This document shows, piece by piece, positions 34,699 to 43,592 of a DNA stretch of 64,000 nucleotides. Source of the stretch: Candidatus Xenobia bacterium (GTDB taxonomy: Bacteria; Vulcanimicrobiota; Xenobia; Xenobiales; QWHO01). The translations under genes and the position numbers were made by a program. The notes beneath the pieces were generated by a model, which worked only from the letters and a program-made list of their open reading frames with translations, was not told where the DNA came from and made no database searches. The stretch is taken from positions 43,287 to 107,286 of the forward strand of contig BTUM01000020.1 in NCBI GenBank assembly GCA_045863235.1, in the 5' to 3' direction. Numbering within the stretch: the stretch's first letter is position 1; each line of letters starts with the position of its first letter.

Positions 34699-36088
34699 TC
34701 CCCGCACCGCGACGGCGAAGTCTCACTCCGCCGATCACGACCGCGTCCGCTCCGGCGGACACGGTGGCGGAACCTTGCTCTGGCGTCCCGACCCAGTTCA
34801 GTTGGGCCCGGGCGTGCTCGAAGTCAAAGGTGTGGATGTGCGAGTGCATTCCATCAGGAGTGTCGCGATCGCGCTCGCGGGTCAGGAAGACGACCGTGTT
34901 ACCGTCCTGGCTGAGCTGAGGAGCCACGTTGACGGGCGGACCTTCCAGGGGGTATTCCTTCTGAGCCGGCGGGCGGTCGACCGTGAGCAGTTCACCTTCC
35001 TGGCTGCGGAGCTCGATTTGCCCCCGTGATTCCCAGCCAATCCAGCGCCCGTCACCCGAGAAGGTCGGGGCGCTGCCGGGCTGGTCACCGGAAACCCTCT
35101 CCAGCGCTCCGAGGAGCGAGGCCTGATACACGGCCATCATTCCGGCTGCGTCGCCGGCAGTCAGATTGCTCGCTACCGAAGCGAAGGCAATGCGCTGCCC
35201 ATCGCGCGAGATCGTCGGATCGATGCAACGGCCGTCGGCTGCCTGGCCCTCCTGGTTCCGGCTCACCAGGCGTGTTTCACCGGTCTTGCGATTGTGGAGA
35301 TAAACCTGCGGGTCGAACTTCTCATGCCCCCAGGCGTCTGTCGCTTGAGGAACGGAAGCATCCAGCGATCGGCCCATGAAGTTGAAGGCCACCAGGCTTC
35401 CATCCCCCGACAGGCTGATCTGCTCGGCCAGGCCGTGCTGGCTCACGCCACCGGTGGGGCGGCTGACCACCTCGACGCGGCCGGTCGCGAGCTCCTTGAC
35501 GACCACCTTCTCGTTGCACCCGGTCGGCTCATCGGTCAGATTGTTGGCTGTCGAGATGAAGGCGATCACCTTACCATCGGCAGAGATTCGGGGGGCGAAC
35601 GAGGAGAGGTTGGCGGGAGTGCCATTCTGAGCCGTGCTGACCAGCCGGGTCTGGTGGCTCTCGCGGTCGTAAAGAAAGACGTCCGTGGCACGGTTGGTGT
35701 CGTTCTCGACCAGGTTGGAGGCCCGGGAGGCAAACGCCACGTAGCGGCCATCGGCTGACATGCTCACTCCGAACGAGGAGTCGTTCGGGTCTGCCCCATC
35801 CACACCGTTGCTGATTCGGCGCAGCTCTCCGTTGAGCCGGTCCTTCAGGAAGATGTCGTAGCGCAACCGTCCCGGTTCGTTGTGGTACCAGTCTCGCCCA
35901 TTGGCCTGAGCGGCGAAGGCCACAAAGCGGCCATCGTCCGACACGCAGGCTTCGCTGGCCAGACCCTTGATGACCACCGAGTCGCTCGGTGAGGAAGCAT
36001 GGCTGGTTGATTCGAGTCGGCGCCCGGGTTCGAACTCCCGGGTCAGCAGGCGAGCTGCGCGCGTCGGATCGACGGTCGCGTCGGCCAT
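34685..36088 (-). CDS. TolB/PD40-like beta-propeller protein
   Basis: Repeated (I/M)S.DGR.VAF.S.ASNL blades and DTN.ATDVFLYDR. Confidence 0.88.
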   Translation of the reverse strand: MADATVDPTRAARLLTREFEPGRRLESTSHASSPSDSVVIKGLASEACVSDDGRFVAFAAQANGRDWYHNEPGRLRYDIFLKDRLNGELRRISNGVDGADPNDSSFGVSMSADGRYVAFASRASNLVENDTNRATDVFLYDRESHQTRLVSTAQNGTPANLSSFAPRISADGKVIAFISTANNLTDEPTGCNEKVVVKELATGRVEVVSRPTGGVSQHGLAEQISLSGDGSLVAFNFMGRSLDASVPQATDAWGHEKFDPQVYLHNRKTGETRLVSRNQEGQAADGRCIDPTISRDGQRIAFASVASNLTAGDAAGMMAVYQASLLGALERVSGDQPGSAPTFSGDGRWIGWESRGQIELRSQEGELLTVDRPPAQKEYPLEGPPVNVAPQLSQDGNTVVFLTRERDRDTPDGMHSHIHTFDFEHARAQLNWVGTPEQGSATVSAGADAVVIGGVRLRRRGAGITPN

Positions 36089-36089
36089 C

Positions 36090-37058
36090 TCAAACCGTCC
36101 GGCGCTGGGCCAACTGGCCCTGATCCACGAAGTTGAACAGGATGTCGTGAATGGTCCTCACGCTTGCGGTGTTGAGGTTTTGCTGAGGGCTCAACATTGC
36201 GTGAGGCACCTGCTCGGAGGGACCAAAGCGATACCAGCCGTTGCTGCTGGTGCAGCGCTCCAAGAAGGCGGCCACCCGCTTTGTGCCACTCAGCTTGTCG
36301 CCGTCGGTGGTCAGGATTTGCACCGGGCAACTGACCTTCTTGATCGTGTTGCCTACCAGGCGCATCGCCCGGGCCTGGCCCAGCGAGCCCTGGGTGTGTG
36401 GCGTGGGGTCGTTGGACTCGAGCACGTTCTTGTTGTAGGGGATCTGGTCGAGCACGAGACGGCCAAACAACCCGAAGGTGCAGTGGTCGAGGATGTCCGA
36501 GACGGCAAAGAGGATGCCGTGGGGGAGATCCCCACCGATATAGGGGGCCATGGCGGCCGCCCCGGCCAGCTGGTGTCGCTCGGCCATGCGCAGGGCCACG
36601 TTGCCCCCACCCGAGAGACCGATGGCGTGGATGGGGGCTCCCAGGCCGGCGGCCCGGGCGTAGGTCTGGTCGATGAACCGGTCCCAGGCCCCGGGCTGGC
36701 CCATCCGGGGGATGCGCACACCGGTGGGAAGGCCGTCCGTCCCCACGTAACCGTGGCCCGGCATGCGCGGGGCCAGAACGTTGTAGCCAGCGTCGTGGAA
36801 GCGTCCGGCCAACTCGCGAAACTGCCACGGCCCGGCGCTGTACCCGTGGAACATCAACACCGTGCCCTTCGCCTTTCCGGGTTGCTGCAAGAACAATGGC
36901 TCGTAGCCCGGTTGCAGCTTCAGGCCGTCGGGGTCGGGCGTGTGGACGAGCGCCTGGTCCTTGACCACGAGGGCTTCGAGCTCCGCCGCTACCTCGTGAG
37001 GCGTGGAGGCGCGAGTCGCGAGCCCTGAACGGTAAAGCTGTGCCGGTGCAACCTGCAT
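36090..37058 (-). CDS. Alpha/beta hydrolase (carboxylesterase-like)
   Basis: FHGYS, PRMPGHG, nucleophile elbow GLSGG, and a C-terminal His. Confidence 0.85.
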   Translation of the reverse strand: MQVAPAQLYRSGLATRASTPHEVAAELEALVVKDQALVHTPDPDGLKLQPGYEPLFLQQPGKAKGTVLMFHGYSAGPWQFRELAGRFHDAGYNVLAPRMPGHGYVGTDGLPTGVRIPRMGQPGAWDRFIDQTYARAAGLGAPIHAIGLSGGGNVALRMAERHQLAGAAAMAPYIGGDLPHGILFAVSDILDHCTFGLFGRLVLDQIPYNKNVLESNDPTPHTQGSLGQARAMRLVGNTIKKVSCPVQILTTDGDKLSGTKRVAAFLERCTSSNGWYRFGPSEQVPHAMLSPQQNLNTASVRTIHDILFNFVDQGQLAQRRTV

Positions 37059-37308
37059 GGACCGATTGTGCCCCGCGGGCCTGAAAGGCCGCTTAAAGCC
37101 GTCAGACCGCCATGGCTGCCTGGGTTCCGTCCAGACCCTGACCCATGGCCCGGCTTGCAGGCCGTAGCCCGCTCTCGAACGTCTGGCTGCACCCGGTCCG
37201 ACGCCGATCTGGACACGGCGGGACCTGGGGGTGGTTTGCTCAATACCCGAGAGCGAGCACAGGAGCGGCGGGCGGCTCCCTGGCTGGCTGGAGAGAGCGT
37301 CAATCGCC

Positions 37309-39936
37309 CTACGTGCGGCGTCGCGTGCGCAGGAGCGTGCCGCCGATAGCCAGGCCCGAATCGAGCTGGGCGATCCCGCCCGCAGCCGTCGGGAGGACGC
37401 CGGAGGCCTGACCGAAGAGGCTGTGCAGCACAGCCTGACGCTCCTCGCCCGCAGCCACGCGCTCCTCGACCCGGGCGAAATCCAGGCCAGCCCTGGAGCT
37501 GTCCCCGTCGTGCAAGCTCAGGAGCTTGGCGAAGGTCTCCCCCTGGGCTGGATCGGGCAGTGCCTTCTCTGGCAGGCGCTCGAGCAGCCTCCAGAGAGCC
37601 TGGGGCAGTCCGGCCTCGCCGGTGCGCTCGGCGATCGCGCCCACCCAGGGAGCGTTGGAGCTCTGCACCGACTGCACGCGCATCCTCATTCCCTCCGGGC
37701 TGACGCCCAGCAGGTCGTTCAGCTCCTCGGGGGGCGGCTTCTTCACCCCGCTCAGAGCCAGGCGCCCCAACCGGGCGAAGTCGATTCCCTCGCTGTCCAG
37801 GGGCAGCGTCTGCTCGAACCAGAGCCGGGAGTCCAGGGCCTGGGCGCAATCCTCAGGGGAAAGAGGCAGCGGACGACCGTTGAGACGCGCCCAGGCCAGG
37901 GCCGAGGTGGTCATCAGGCCCAGCTCGCGGGCGTCGTTGATCGGCCCGAACCCCAGCCCGGTGGCGGCGGGGATGGGGCTGGAGGAGAAGTCCTTCCCGA
38001 GCGGATCGCTCTCCCAGCGGTGCGAGTAGCGACCGGCTTCGGCCAGCGCAACCAGCCCCAGCGCCTCCGCCTGCAGCTCCCTGACTCGTTCCGTTTGCCC
38101 CATGACTCTGGCCACCAGGAGGTCCTCCAGAATCAGGTCGTTGGTGACGGGCAGGCTCGTTTGCTGAGCGCTCAGGGGGCCGGCGTGGAACTGAGCCTCC
38201 TGGCTGATGCCCAACAACCTGCGAACCGATTCGGCATCGCGCGTCATCGCCACCCAGTAGGGATTGCGGGCCAGCGGCTTGCCGCCCCCGCCGGTCGAGC
38301 CCGAGGTGCGACCCACCTTCGTCGCGGGCTCCACCTTTCCGTCCAGCTCCACCCGTCCCAGCTGACCGGAGGTACCCAGCCGCAGCAGAGTGCGCACGGC
38401 CGCCTCGCGAGTGGTGGCGTCATCTTGCACCGTGGCCTTGAGGTAGTCGCGCACCGGACCTGCGACCTCCGGCGAGAGGTCGGGCAAGGGGAGGAGCTCG
38501 GCCACCCTGCCCGGCTCGGGAACGCTCGCGAGATGCTCGAGGATTTTGTGGGGAAGGCGGTACTCGGACTGCAGGTAGTTGGCCCAACTCTCCGGGCTGG
38601 AGAGATCGGCTTCGCGTTCAGCCCGCTCGGCCGCGATCCGCTCCGCGGTCGGGATGCGGGGATCGTTGAGCTCGCTGGCCCGGCGGTATTCCTTCTCGAC
38701 CGCCTCTTTCAGGGGCTCGAGCAGATCACCTGGCTCGAACGGCGAGCTGCGGGCATCATGCAGAGCCTCTTGCAGCTTGGAGGTATCCGAGCTGTACAGA
38801 TCGGCAAGTTGCAGCCCGGCCAGGCCACCGAACTCCTGCTGCAGACGTCGCTCGAAAAGCTCCACCGAGCCTTTGGGAAAGGCCAGATCGCTCTGCACCA
38901 GACGGTAGGTCGCCTGCTGGTAGCCCTGAATGGGATGGAGCGCTCTGACCACCTGCCCCGCCTGCTCGAGAGGGTCCCCGGACGGGTTCTCGCGGGCCTC
39001 CTGGAGGGCCCCGTGGGCCTTCTGGATATGCCCGGCCAGTTCGGTCAGCGCCGCCTCCCGACGGGTGCGCTGATCCTCCGGGCTCGAGAGGCGGAAACGG
39101 CCGTCTTTGCCCTGATGCAGCACCGCCGAGTGACTTGTCCGGAGCGTGGCGGCCTGGCAGTCCGCCGCACCCTTCAGGATGGTGTTGGGAACGTCCACGA
39201 ACACTTCCAGCAGCTCCTCGGGTAACCCGGTGAGGCGCACCAGCTCGCGCTTGTCGAGTGGCCCGAGCCGGGCCAGCTGCTCGAGGACCATCGTCTGGCA
39301 GCGATTCACCGCCTCGGGGTCTTTGAGCAGGACGGCCTCGGGGGTTCTTTCGGAATCCATCATGCCGAGCTCGAGGCCGTCGCGATTGAACAGCTTTCCA
39401 AGCGGCTCCAGACCGCGCGTCATCAGCTCATCCAGCGAGTAGACGGGCAGCGGCCGGGCCAGGGGGGCGATGGGTGGCATCAGAGAGAGCAGGTCGGGGC
39501 CGAAGGGGCGGACCGTCGGCGGGGTCAGCGCGAGAGTGTGCTCTGCCGTGAAGCTCAATTTCTGGTGGAGCCTGTTGCGCTGCTGGACGGCCATCATCTC
39601 CTTGAGGAGGTCGAGATGGGACGGCCCCGTGCCGTGGGACTGCTCCCCGCCGCTCAGCAGAAAGCCCTCGCCCAGCAGGTCGCTGAAGCTGGTGCGCCGG
39701 ACCGCGCCGTCGCGAGGCCAGACGTGCTCGGGAGCGGCGGTCGGCTCGCTCGGGTTCGGCTCGGTCGGGGTTTCTGGCAGAAAGGACGGCAGCTTCTCGC
39801 TCGGAGCGGTGACCGACGAGCCCAGGGAGTCGCGGACCCAGAGCGAGTCCGGCACCTCGTGCTCGCGATTGCCGGTACTACCCGTGAAGGACGGCAGGGG
39901 GGCCAGGGGACCGATTGGGGAATTGGCCGATGCCAT
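37309..39936 (-). CDS. Large hypothetical protein
   Basis: 875-aa ORF with Pro/Ser-rich N-terminus and basic C-terminal IGGTLLRTRRRT. Confidence 0.75.
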   Translation of the reverse strand: MASANSPIGPLAPLPSFTGSTGNREHEVPDSLWVRDSLGSSVTAPSEKLPSFLPETPTEPNPSEPTAAPEHVWPRDGAVRRTSFSDLLGEGFLLSGGEQSHGTGPSHLDLLKEMMAVQQRNRLHQKLSFTAEHTLALTPPTVRPFGPDLLSLMPPIAPLARPLPVYSLDELMTRGLEPLGKLFNRDGLELGMMDSERTPEAVLLKDPEAVNRCQTMVLEQLARLGPLDKRELVRLTGLPEELLEVFVDVPNTILKGAADCQAATLRTSHSAVLHQGKDGRFRLSSPEDQRTRREAALTELAGHIQKAHGALQEARENPSGDPLEQAGQVVRALHPIQGYQQATYRLVQSDLAFPKGSVELFERRLQQEFGGLAGLQLADLYSSDTSKLQEALHDARSSPFEPGDLLEPLKEAVEKEYRRASELNDPRIPTAERIAAERAEREADLSSPESWANYLQSEYRLPHKILEHLASVPEPGRVAELLPLPDLSPEVAGPVRDYLKATVQDDATTREAAVRTLLRLGTSGQLGRVELDGKVEPATKVGRTSGSTGGGGKPLARNPYWVAMTRDAESVRRLLGISQEAQFHAGPLSAQQTSLPVTNDLILEDLLVARVMGQTERVRELQAEALGLVALAEAGRYSHRWESDPLGKDFSSSPIPAATGLGFGPINDARELGLMTTSALAWARLNGRPLPLSPEDCAQALDSRLWFEQTLPLDSEGIDFARLGRLALSGVKKPPPEELNDLLGVSPEGMRMRVQSVQSSNAPWVGAIAERTGEAGLPQALWRLLERLPEKALPDPAQGETFAKLLSLHDGDSSRAGLDFARVEERVAAGEERQAVLHSLFGQASGVLPTAAGGIAQLDSGLAIGGTLLRTRRRT

Positions 39937-40227
39937 CGGGGTTAATTCGGTTTTTGGCGGAGTTGGACCTGCGTGCGCTCAGCAGCTGAAAAGCGAGCAG
40001 CTCGGAGTGGTCGAGCGCGCCCGGGCTGTCGAAGCCGGAGAACGGGTTGCCGGCGAGAGTGGGGAACCGGGTGCCGGGGTCGAGGGAGAAGCCGGCCACA
40101 TGCTCGGCCGTGCACATAGAGCACCAGGCTGCCGTCTGCGAGCTTGAGGCGAACAGAGAGTATACCGCCGGTATTGAAACCGAGCATATGTTCTGTCTGT
40201 GCCAGCCGGGTATCGGACGAGAGCGCG

Positions 40228-41373
40228 GTGGACGGCAATCTGCAGGCCTACTTCGCTACCTCCACCGCCGAGCTCGGCCCGGAGGCGACCGTGGCCGGCG
40301 TTGCTTTCGTTAAAGCCAACAGATCCGCTGCCGCCGCCCCTGCGGCCAGCTCCGCCCCGCCCGAGCTGGCCGATCTCGCCGAGCGACTCAAGAAGCTGTT
40401 CGCGAAGATCGACAAGAACAAGGACGGCATCCTGTCGCACGCCGAGGTTCAGCAGGCAATGAAGGACCCCACCATCAAAGGCAAGGATGCCGCCGCTCTG
40501 AACGTGCTGGTCCGGTATGGCGACCAGATCCAGTGGCTCAGCCACGATGAGAGCGACCGTCCCTACGACCAGAAGGGCGTCAGCCTGAAAGACCTCGAGC
40601 GCCTGGGCAGGCGCGACATGACCGAGCACCAGCGCATCAGCAAGGGTCACAACGCCGACTTCATGACGAAGGCGGCCAGGCTTTACAACCACTTCCAGAA
40701 GCAGATCGAGGGCCAGAGCAGCCAGCTCTTCGAGGGGATGCCCGACCCGAGCAGCGTCAAGCAAGGGCAGGTCGGCAACTGCTTCTTCCTGGCCGCCGTC
40801 GTGGCCCTGGCCTCCAGGAACCCCGGGGCCATCAAGAATATGATTAAGGAGAACCCGGACGGCTCCTACACCGTCACGTTCCCCGGCAAGCCCCCGGTCA
40901 AAGTCCCCGCCCTCACGGACGCCGAGAAAGCGGTCGCATCCCAATCCAACGGCCTCTGGGTGACCGTGCTGGAGAAAGCTTACGCCAAACTCACCAACCA
41001 GGGCGGCCCCAACCCGATGGAGCCCGGCTACATGGGCAGCGTGGATACCGGCCTCGACCCGTTCTCCAAGAACGGCCGCGCCGAGGGGATCTTTCTCAGC
41101 GGCGCCAAACCCGGCGACATCCGCTTGAAGCTGATCCAGGCCTTCAAAGAGGGCCGCCTGGTAGAAGCCGGCTGCGTGCAACCCAAAATGAAAGGCCTCG
41201 TGGCCGGGCACGCCTATACGGTGCTGTCTTTCGACGAAAGGTCGGACAAGCTGACGCTGCGCAACCCCTGGGGCAACACCGAGCCGGGCAGCGACGGCAA
41301 GGATGACGGGGTCTTCGTCATCACGTTCCCTGACTTCATGGCCAACTTCTTTTCGCTGGGGATCAGCGCATAA
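40228..41373 (+). CDS. Calpain-like (C2 family) cysteine protease with EF-hand
   Basis: QGQVGNCFFLAA (Cys), LEKAYAK, GHAYTV (His), LRNPWG (Asn); DKNKDGILSHAE EF-hand. Start uncertain (ORF open from 40144). Confidence 0.88.
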   Translation: MDGNLQAYFATSTAELGPEATVAGVAFVKANRSAAAAPAASSAPPELADLAERLKKLFAKIDKNKDGILSHAEVQQAMKDPTIKGKDAAALNVLVRYGDQIQWLSHDESDRPYDQKGVSLKDLERLGRRDMTEHQRISKGHNADFMTKAARLYNHFQKQIEGQSSQLFEGMPDPSSVKQGQVGNCFFLAAVVALASRNPGAIKNMIKENPDGSYTVTFPGKPPVKVPALTDAEKAVASQSNGLWVTVLEKAYAKLTNQGGPNPMEPGYMGSVDTGLDPFSKNGRAEGIFLSGAKPGDIRLKLIQAFKEGRLVEAGCVQPKMKGLVAGHAYTVLSFDERSDKLTLRNPWGNTEPGSDGKDDGVFVITFPDFMANFFSLGISA

Positions 41374-41569
41374 TACGGGGGGGCTGTACCGGAGCCGGCG
41401 GCTCGAAGACCGACGACGGCGCAAGCCGCCCGGCCGGCCGAATTGCTCGTCCTCGCGAACATTCAGGCGCCCCTTGCGGCCGTGGACAGCTCCGAATAGG
41501 GCGCTCCTTTCAGACGTCTCCGTGGACAGCTGTGGCAGGAGTGTCCTCCCCCGGAGCCAATCGTCCGGA

Positions 41570-42682
41570 GTGAGTCCGGACTACCACGAGCGACGCCAGT
41601 CGATTCTCTACCTCAAGAAGCAGGGCCGCCACCAGGAGGCGCTCGATCAGGTGCTGGCCCTGCAAGCAGAAGGAGTGGAGACCGTCGATCTGGCCGTCAA
41701 TCACGCCGACACCCTGGCCCGGCTGTTGCGCGCGGCCGAGGCCCTGGAGGTGCTCGAGAACGCCCGCCTGCGCTTTCCCCGTCTGCCTCTCTTCGGCCGG
41801 GCCCTGCTGGCCGGGCTCTTGCAGGGCGCCGGACGGCTGGAGGAGGCCAGGCTCGAGTTCGACCAGCTGGCCGGCGAGCCGGAGCTGTCGGTGGCCGTTG
41901 CCCGGCGGGTAGCCGATTTTCTCCAGTCTGACAACCAGTCCGAGCGCATCGGACCCATGCTCGAGCGCCTGGCCCGCGACGAGGCCGAGTGGTATCGCCT
42001 GCGGGCTCGTTTTGCTCCCGAGGGCGAAGCGCTCTCGCTCCTCAAGCGGGGCCACGAGCGCTTTCCCGACCACCGACCTATGTTTGAGGACTACGTGGTC
42101 TTGCGTCTCAAGCACGAGGGACCCGAGGTGATGGCCTCCGAGCTCGAGTCGCTGCTCTCGCTGGGCAGCCACAAAGACAGCCTGCGCCTGCGCGAGAGGC
42201 TGGCTCAGAGCCTGCGTGAGCTCAATGAGCCGGCTCGGGCCCTGGAGCTGCTCTTGGAGTGCGCTCGCCGCGAGCCCGGCAACGGCTACTACCTGGCCAA
42301 CGTGGGCTACGTCTATAAGGATCTTGGCGAGCCCGAGAAGGCGCTGGACTACCTGGCCCGGGCCATCGAGCTGCGACCAAACGATCGCTGTTCGGTCAAC
42401 TCGTTCGTCAAGACCAGCCGCGACTGGGGCCAGTCGGAGCGGGCGATGGAGCTGTTGCGCTTGCGCCTGGAGAAGGTGCCCGACGACCGGGCCGTCCTCA
42501 ACGGCTTTCTCACCGCCTGCCGCGATGCCGGTAAGCGCGAGCTGGCCCACGGCTACATCTCCGCGCGCGCCGCTCAGAACAAGGGGCTGTGGGGCGCTTA
42601 CATGAGCGTGTTCCGGGCTGGAAAGAAGACCACCCCCAAGAAGAAGGCTCGCAAGCCCGGGTCTCCGGTCGAGGAGCCTTGA
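41570..42682 (+). CDS. Tetratricopeptide repeat protein
   Basis: Multiple TPR-like units, e.g. YYLANVGYVYKDLGEPEKALDYLARAIELRPND; Lys-rich tail; GTG start inferred. Confidence 0.8.
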   Translation: MSPDYHERRQSILYLKKQGRHQEALDQVLALQAEGVETVDLAVNHADTLARLLRAAEALEVLENARLRFPRLPLFGRALLAGLLQGAGRLEEARLEFDQLAGEPELSVAVARRVADFLQSDNQSERIGPMLERLARDEAEWYRLRARFAPEGEALSLLKRGHERFPDHRPMFEDYVVLRLKHEGPEVMASELESLLSLGSHKDSLRLRERLAQSLRELNEPARALELLLECARREPGNGYYLANVGYVYKDLGEPEKALDYLARAIELRPNDRCSVNSFVKTSRDWGQSERAMELLRLRLEKVPDDRAVLNGFLTACRDAGKRELAHGYISARAAQNKGLWGAYMSVFRAGKKTTPKKKARKPGSPVEEP

Positions 42683-42766
42683 GATAGCCGAGGGCCCCTC
42701 GCTCGGCTCGCCGCAGGAGGCTCCCCGCCGGTTGGCGTGGAAAAGCTGAGCTGGAGGTGATTCGCC

Positions 42767-43549
42767 ATGGCAGAGGCCGCCCGGCCGCTCGAGGAGCTTG
42801 CGCCCCGCCCTGACATTTCGCACCTGATCACGGAGAACGATGAGCCCGTGGACAACTGGTTCCAGGAACGCCAGATACGTCTGCTCCCCGAGAGTCTCTA
42901 TACCTCCTGGGCTCGAGCCGGCCAGACGCGTCCGTTCGTGGCGGGCGCTGATGTCGGCCTCTTTTACAAGGTCTCCGAGCAAGCCGTGGTGCCGGATGTC
43001 ATCATCAGCCTGGACGCCGAGGTCCGGGACGATTGGTGGGAGGATCACAACCGCTCGTACATGATCTGGGAGTTTGGCAAGCCTCCCGACCTCGTGGTTG
43101 AGGTGGTCTCCAACCGCCAGGGTGGGGAGGAAGACAAGCTCTCCCGCTATGCTCAGGCCGGGGTCCCGTATTGCGTGATCTTTGACCCCTGCCACTTCTT
43201 GAGCAAGCGCGTCCTGCGCGTTTACGCCCTTCACGCCGGGCGCTACGTCGATGTGCTCGACCCTTCGTGGCTGGAGGAGATCGGGCTGGGTTTGACTCTC
43301 TGGCAGGGAAATTACGAAGGGATGACTTCAACCTGGCTGCGCTGGTGCGACCGGGAGGGACAACTGCTGCCGACCGGGCGCGAGCTGGCCGAGCAGGAGC
43401 GTCAGCGGGCCGAGCAAGAGCGGGAGCGGGCCGAGCACGAGCGTGAGCGGGCCGAGCACGAGCGTGAGCGGGCCGAGCACGAGCGTGAGCGAGCCGATCG
43501 ATTGGCAGTGCGCTTGCGCGAGCTAGGAGTCGAGCCCGATACTCTTTGA
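42767..43549 (+). CDS. Uma2 (DUF820) family putative endonuclease
   Basis: GGAGG RBS; E.DEPVD, VPDV, WEFGKPPDLVVEVVS, KL..Y...GVPY..IFDP motifs; coiled-coil tail. Confidence 0.9.
   Translation: MAEAARPLEELAPRPDISHLITENDEPVDNWFQERQIRLLPESLYTSWARAGQTRPFVAGADVGLFYKVSEQAVVPDVIISLDAEVRDDWWEDHNRSYMIWEFGKPPDLVVEVVSNRQGGEEDKLSRYAQAGVPYCVIFDPCHFLSKRVLRVYALHAGRYVDVLDPSWLEEIGLGLTLWQGNYEGMTSTWLRWCDREGQLLPTGRELAEQERQRAEQERERAEHERERAEHERERAEHERERADRLAVRLRELGVEPDTL
43388..43498 (+). repeat. About 5 x 21-bp coding repeat (AE[Q/H]ERER)
   Basis: GCCGAGCACGAGCGTGAGCGG-type units in the Uma2 tail. Confidence 0.85.
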
Positions 43550-43592
43550 CCAGAAAGGAACTCCTGCCCGGAAAAGCTAAAGCGCTGAGCCT

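Noticed and set aside
43388..43498. 21-bp repeat as a novel element
   Set aside because: Variable AEQERQR-type coiled-coil tails are a common feature of Uma2-family proteins.
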